This document shows, piece by piece, positions 62,069 to 64,000 of a stretch of DNA of 64,000 nt. Source of the stretch: Klebsormidium nitens (lineage: Eukaryota > Plantae > Klebsormidiophyceae); the NCBI GenBank assembly GCA_000708835.1, contig DF237148.1:1-64000 (forward strand), in the 5' to 3' direction. Below the pieces are notes generated by a model. It was given only the letters and a program-made list of their open reading frames with translations. It was not told the origin of the DNA and ran no database searches. The position numbers were made by a program, and so were the translations under genes. The number at the start of each line of letters is the position of its first letter. Positions within the stretch are counted from its first letter, which is position 1.

Positions 62069-64000
62069 TCAGATCAGGCAGGTATGGTACTGAGTACGCA
62101 TGGCCGGTTCGTACCGCCACCTCAGTTGCATCAGGTCCTCCCGGCGCCCATGCCAGAGCCGCTTGATCGAGTGGTAACCCTTCTGGCTGCTGCTGACGAC
62201 AGACTGACGCAGAGTCGAGCAGAGCGCGAGCGGCGTGGGAGGGCACGCGAGGCCCAGCTGGGCGTAATAATCGGTCCACGTGGCAACCTGCACGTGATGC
62301 AGTGCATTATTTGCACGACCTGCTTTTCTTAGTGTGGACATAATCTCTCCCGCCGGGACGAGGAAATATCCGGCTACCAGAAAGCATTCGCAAGGAAATG
62401 CGTCTCCCAAGCCATCGAGTAATCTTGTGTTTATCAAAGGCCAGATCTAAGTACGGCGTCAGGAATCAGAGGTACTCATTCGTGATGTACCTCAGTTTTC
62501 AGATCACGATGCCACGAATCACGCTAGCTTCTCAAGCGTCTTTGACGTCGAGCCTCGTCGCAGGATTGTAAACGTAGGGTATCGTTGCGGATCCCTCACC
62601 TTCAGAACGTCGTACCACGTCTTCTGCAGCTTGCGCGTGAGGCCCGGCCGCGGATAGCCGTACCGCTGCGCGATTCCGCCAAGACGTCGCCGACGGAACT
62701 GCCGGACGGACGGACGAGCAGCAAGAAAGCCACCTGCACCCAAAAGGCGGAATACCATTCTAAGCCCCGGCTGATTACTGTTCGCAGATGTTTCGTAGAC
62801 GCTACTTGACCAAAGACTTAAAGCACAAATGAATAAGAATACAGGCCGCCTGTCATCATCTGGAACCAATAATGACAGACTCACGAAATGTGGAGGAAGA
62901 TCCAAATCTCTTAGCATAGAACTGCCAGAACCAAGATCTTGCCAACGGAAAGGCTGAAGGCCTGTTCCTCGAAACGTGGAACTTTAACCCCGCTCAAGGA
63001 TACTGCTACCCTGCTCAAAGGTGGTGAGAGACTCAGAGCTTTTGGTATAGCTAGAAGCCAAAGCTAACAAAATTGCTCAACGCCCCACCTGGAACATGAT
63101 GAGCCGCCTGGAGACGGTGGTCTCTTTGAAAGTGGTCACCATGCGGTAGTCCGACACGTGGTCCGTGTTCTCCAGGACTGCCAGCTCGGGGTGCGACTTC
63201 AGGAGCCACAGCACGTTCCTGCACACGTCAGCATCACTTCAGCACCTGCTCAACAGTTTGAAACTTGGCAGAATGTTGGGAGGTCGTCAGAGCCGGACCG
63301 CCGATGGGAGACTTTGGTATTCACCGTCGTTTCAGGAAGCCTCCTTTTCGTAGACCGTTCCCACTGCGGTTTTGCTGCTCACGTGATTTCGTGTTCACCT
63401 TGGTGACGTCCTCGCCAAGTTACGGCAACTTCGCACAACGGTGAGTTTATTCAACGATGTGCATTGCTGGCGAGACATCAGACCGCCCAAGAGTAGGTTA
63501 GCGGGTCAATGAATAAATCTCTTCTTGCGAACCATGAATTTAGGGTGCGCGTCGACCGAAAAGCTGCAAAAAGCTTTCCAGATTTCTTAGCCAATCGGGT
63601 GGCTTCTTAGGTCCACGTGTAAACCCAAGGTAAATCCAAGAGGAGTGACAAGGCTTAAAAAGTACGTAACTCCTGCCCGTCGTTACTGCAAAGGCAACAC
63701 TGGAGGCCATGTAGGATTACGGTCGACGCGCAACCTCAGACTTATCCCTCCCCCTCCACGCGAGTGCACCAGTGAAATGACGTCAGCCGCCGCGCACGCA
63801 CCTGTCGAAGGACTCCCCCATGAACGCGGGCGCCAGGCTGGCCCAGGTGACTCCCCCGGTCTTTGCGACGCTGAGCAGCACCAGCAGTTCTCCCAGGTCA
63901 GGAGTCTCGTTCTTCTGCCGTGCGCTCGTGTTGTCTTGGAAGCGGGAGAGTGCCCGGTCGATGGCGTCTCGGATCTCCGGGTAGTCTTGGGCCAGGCGCA
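62069..64000 (-). pseudogene. E2/F-box-like paralog copy 3, 3' part only, with a 1-bp deletion
   Basis: Exons 63802-(beyond 64000), 63089-63218, 62600-62733 and 62069-62287. The 62600-62733 exon is 134 nt versus 135 in copies 1 and 2: GAA T-C GCG versus GAA TAC GCG, near 62672. Motifs TPDLGELL, RNVLWLL, SRRLIMFQ and SSQKGYH are present. Confidence 0.8.

Noticed and set aside
1-64000. rRNA, tRNA, CRISPR arrays, prokaryotic operons
   Set aside because: None recognised. The repeats are isolated duplications without spacer arrays, and the DNA is spliceosomal-intron-rich eukaryotic sequence.

Overview
Eukaryotic nuclear DNA with GC-rich exons, GT-AG introns of roughly 0.3-1.3 kb and two assembly gaps. 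Gene architecture and composition suggest a green alga, possibly Klebsormidium-like (inference only). The standard genetic code applies. (1) About 1.7-39.8 kb (+) is one giant gene of ~31 exons, ~20 kb coding, ~6,700 aa. It encodes a type I membrane protein: probable signal peptide, 4 IPT/TIG domains, ~7 cadherin-like beta-sandwich repeats, ~30 filamin/Ig-like repeats, a REJ-like module, three unassigned Cys/Trp repeats, a Pro-rich stalk, one TM helix and a short tail. As assembled it has 8 lesions: an ~1 kb insertion flanked by an 8-bp direct repeat, 2 in-frame stops and 5 one-base frameshifts. (2) About 41-64 kb holds three paralogs of an unusual protein: a UBC (E2) domain, a CxxC motif, an F-box-like motif and a ~330-aa conserved unnamed domain. 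Copy 1 (+) is intact; copy 2 (-) has a W->stop; copy 3 (-, runs off the window) has a 1-bp deletion. (3) Between copies 1 and 2, a GC island separates two small divergent genes for putative single-TM proteins. No rRNA, tRNA or CRISPR was recognised. All exon models were derived by hand from splice signals, phase arithmetic and motif continuity.
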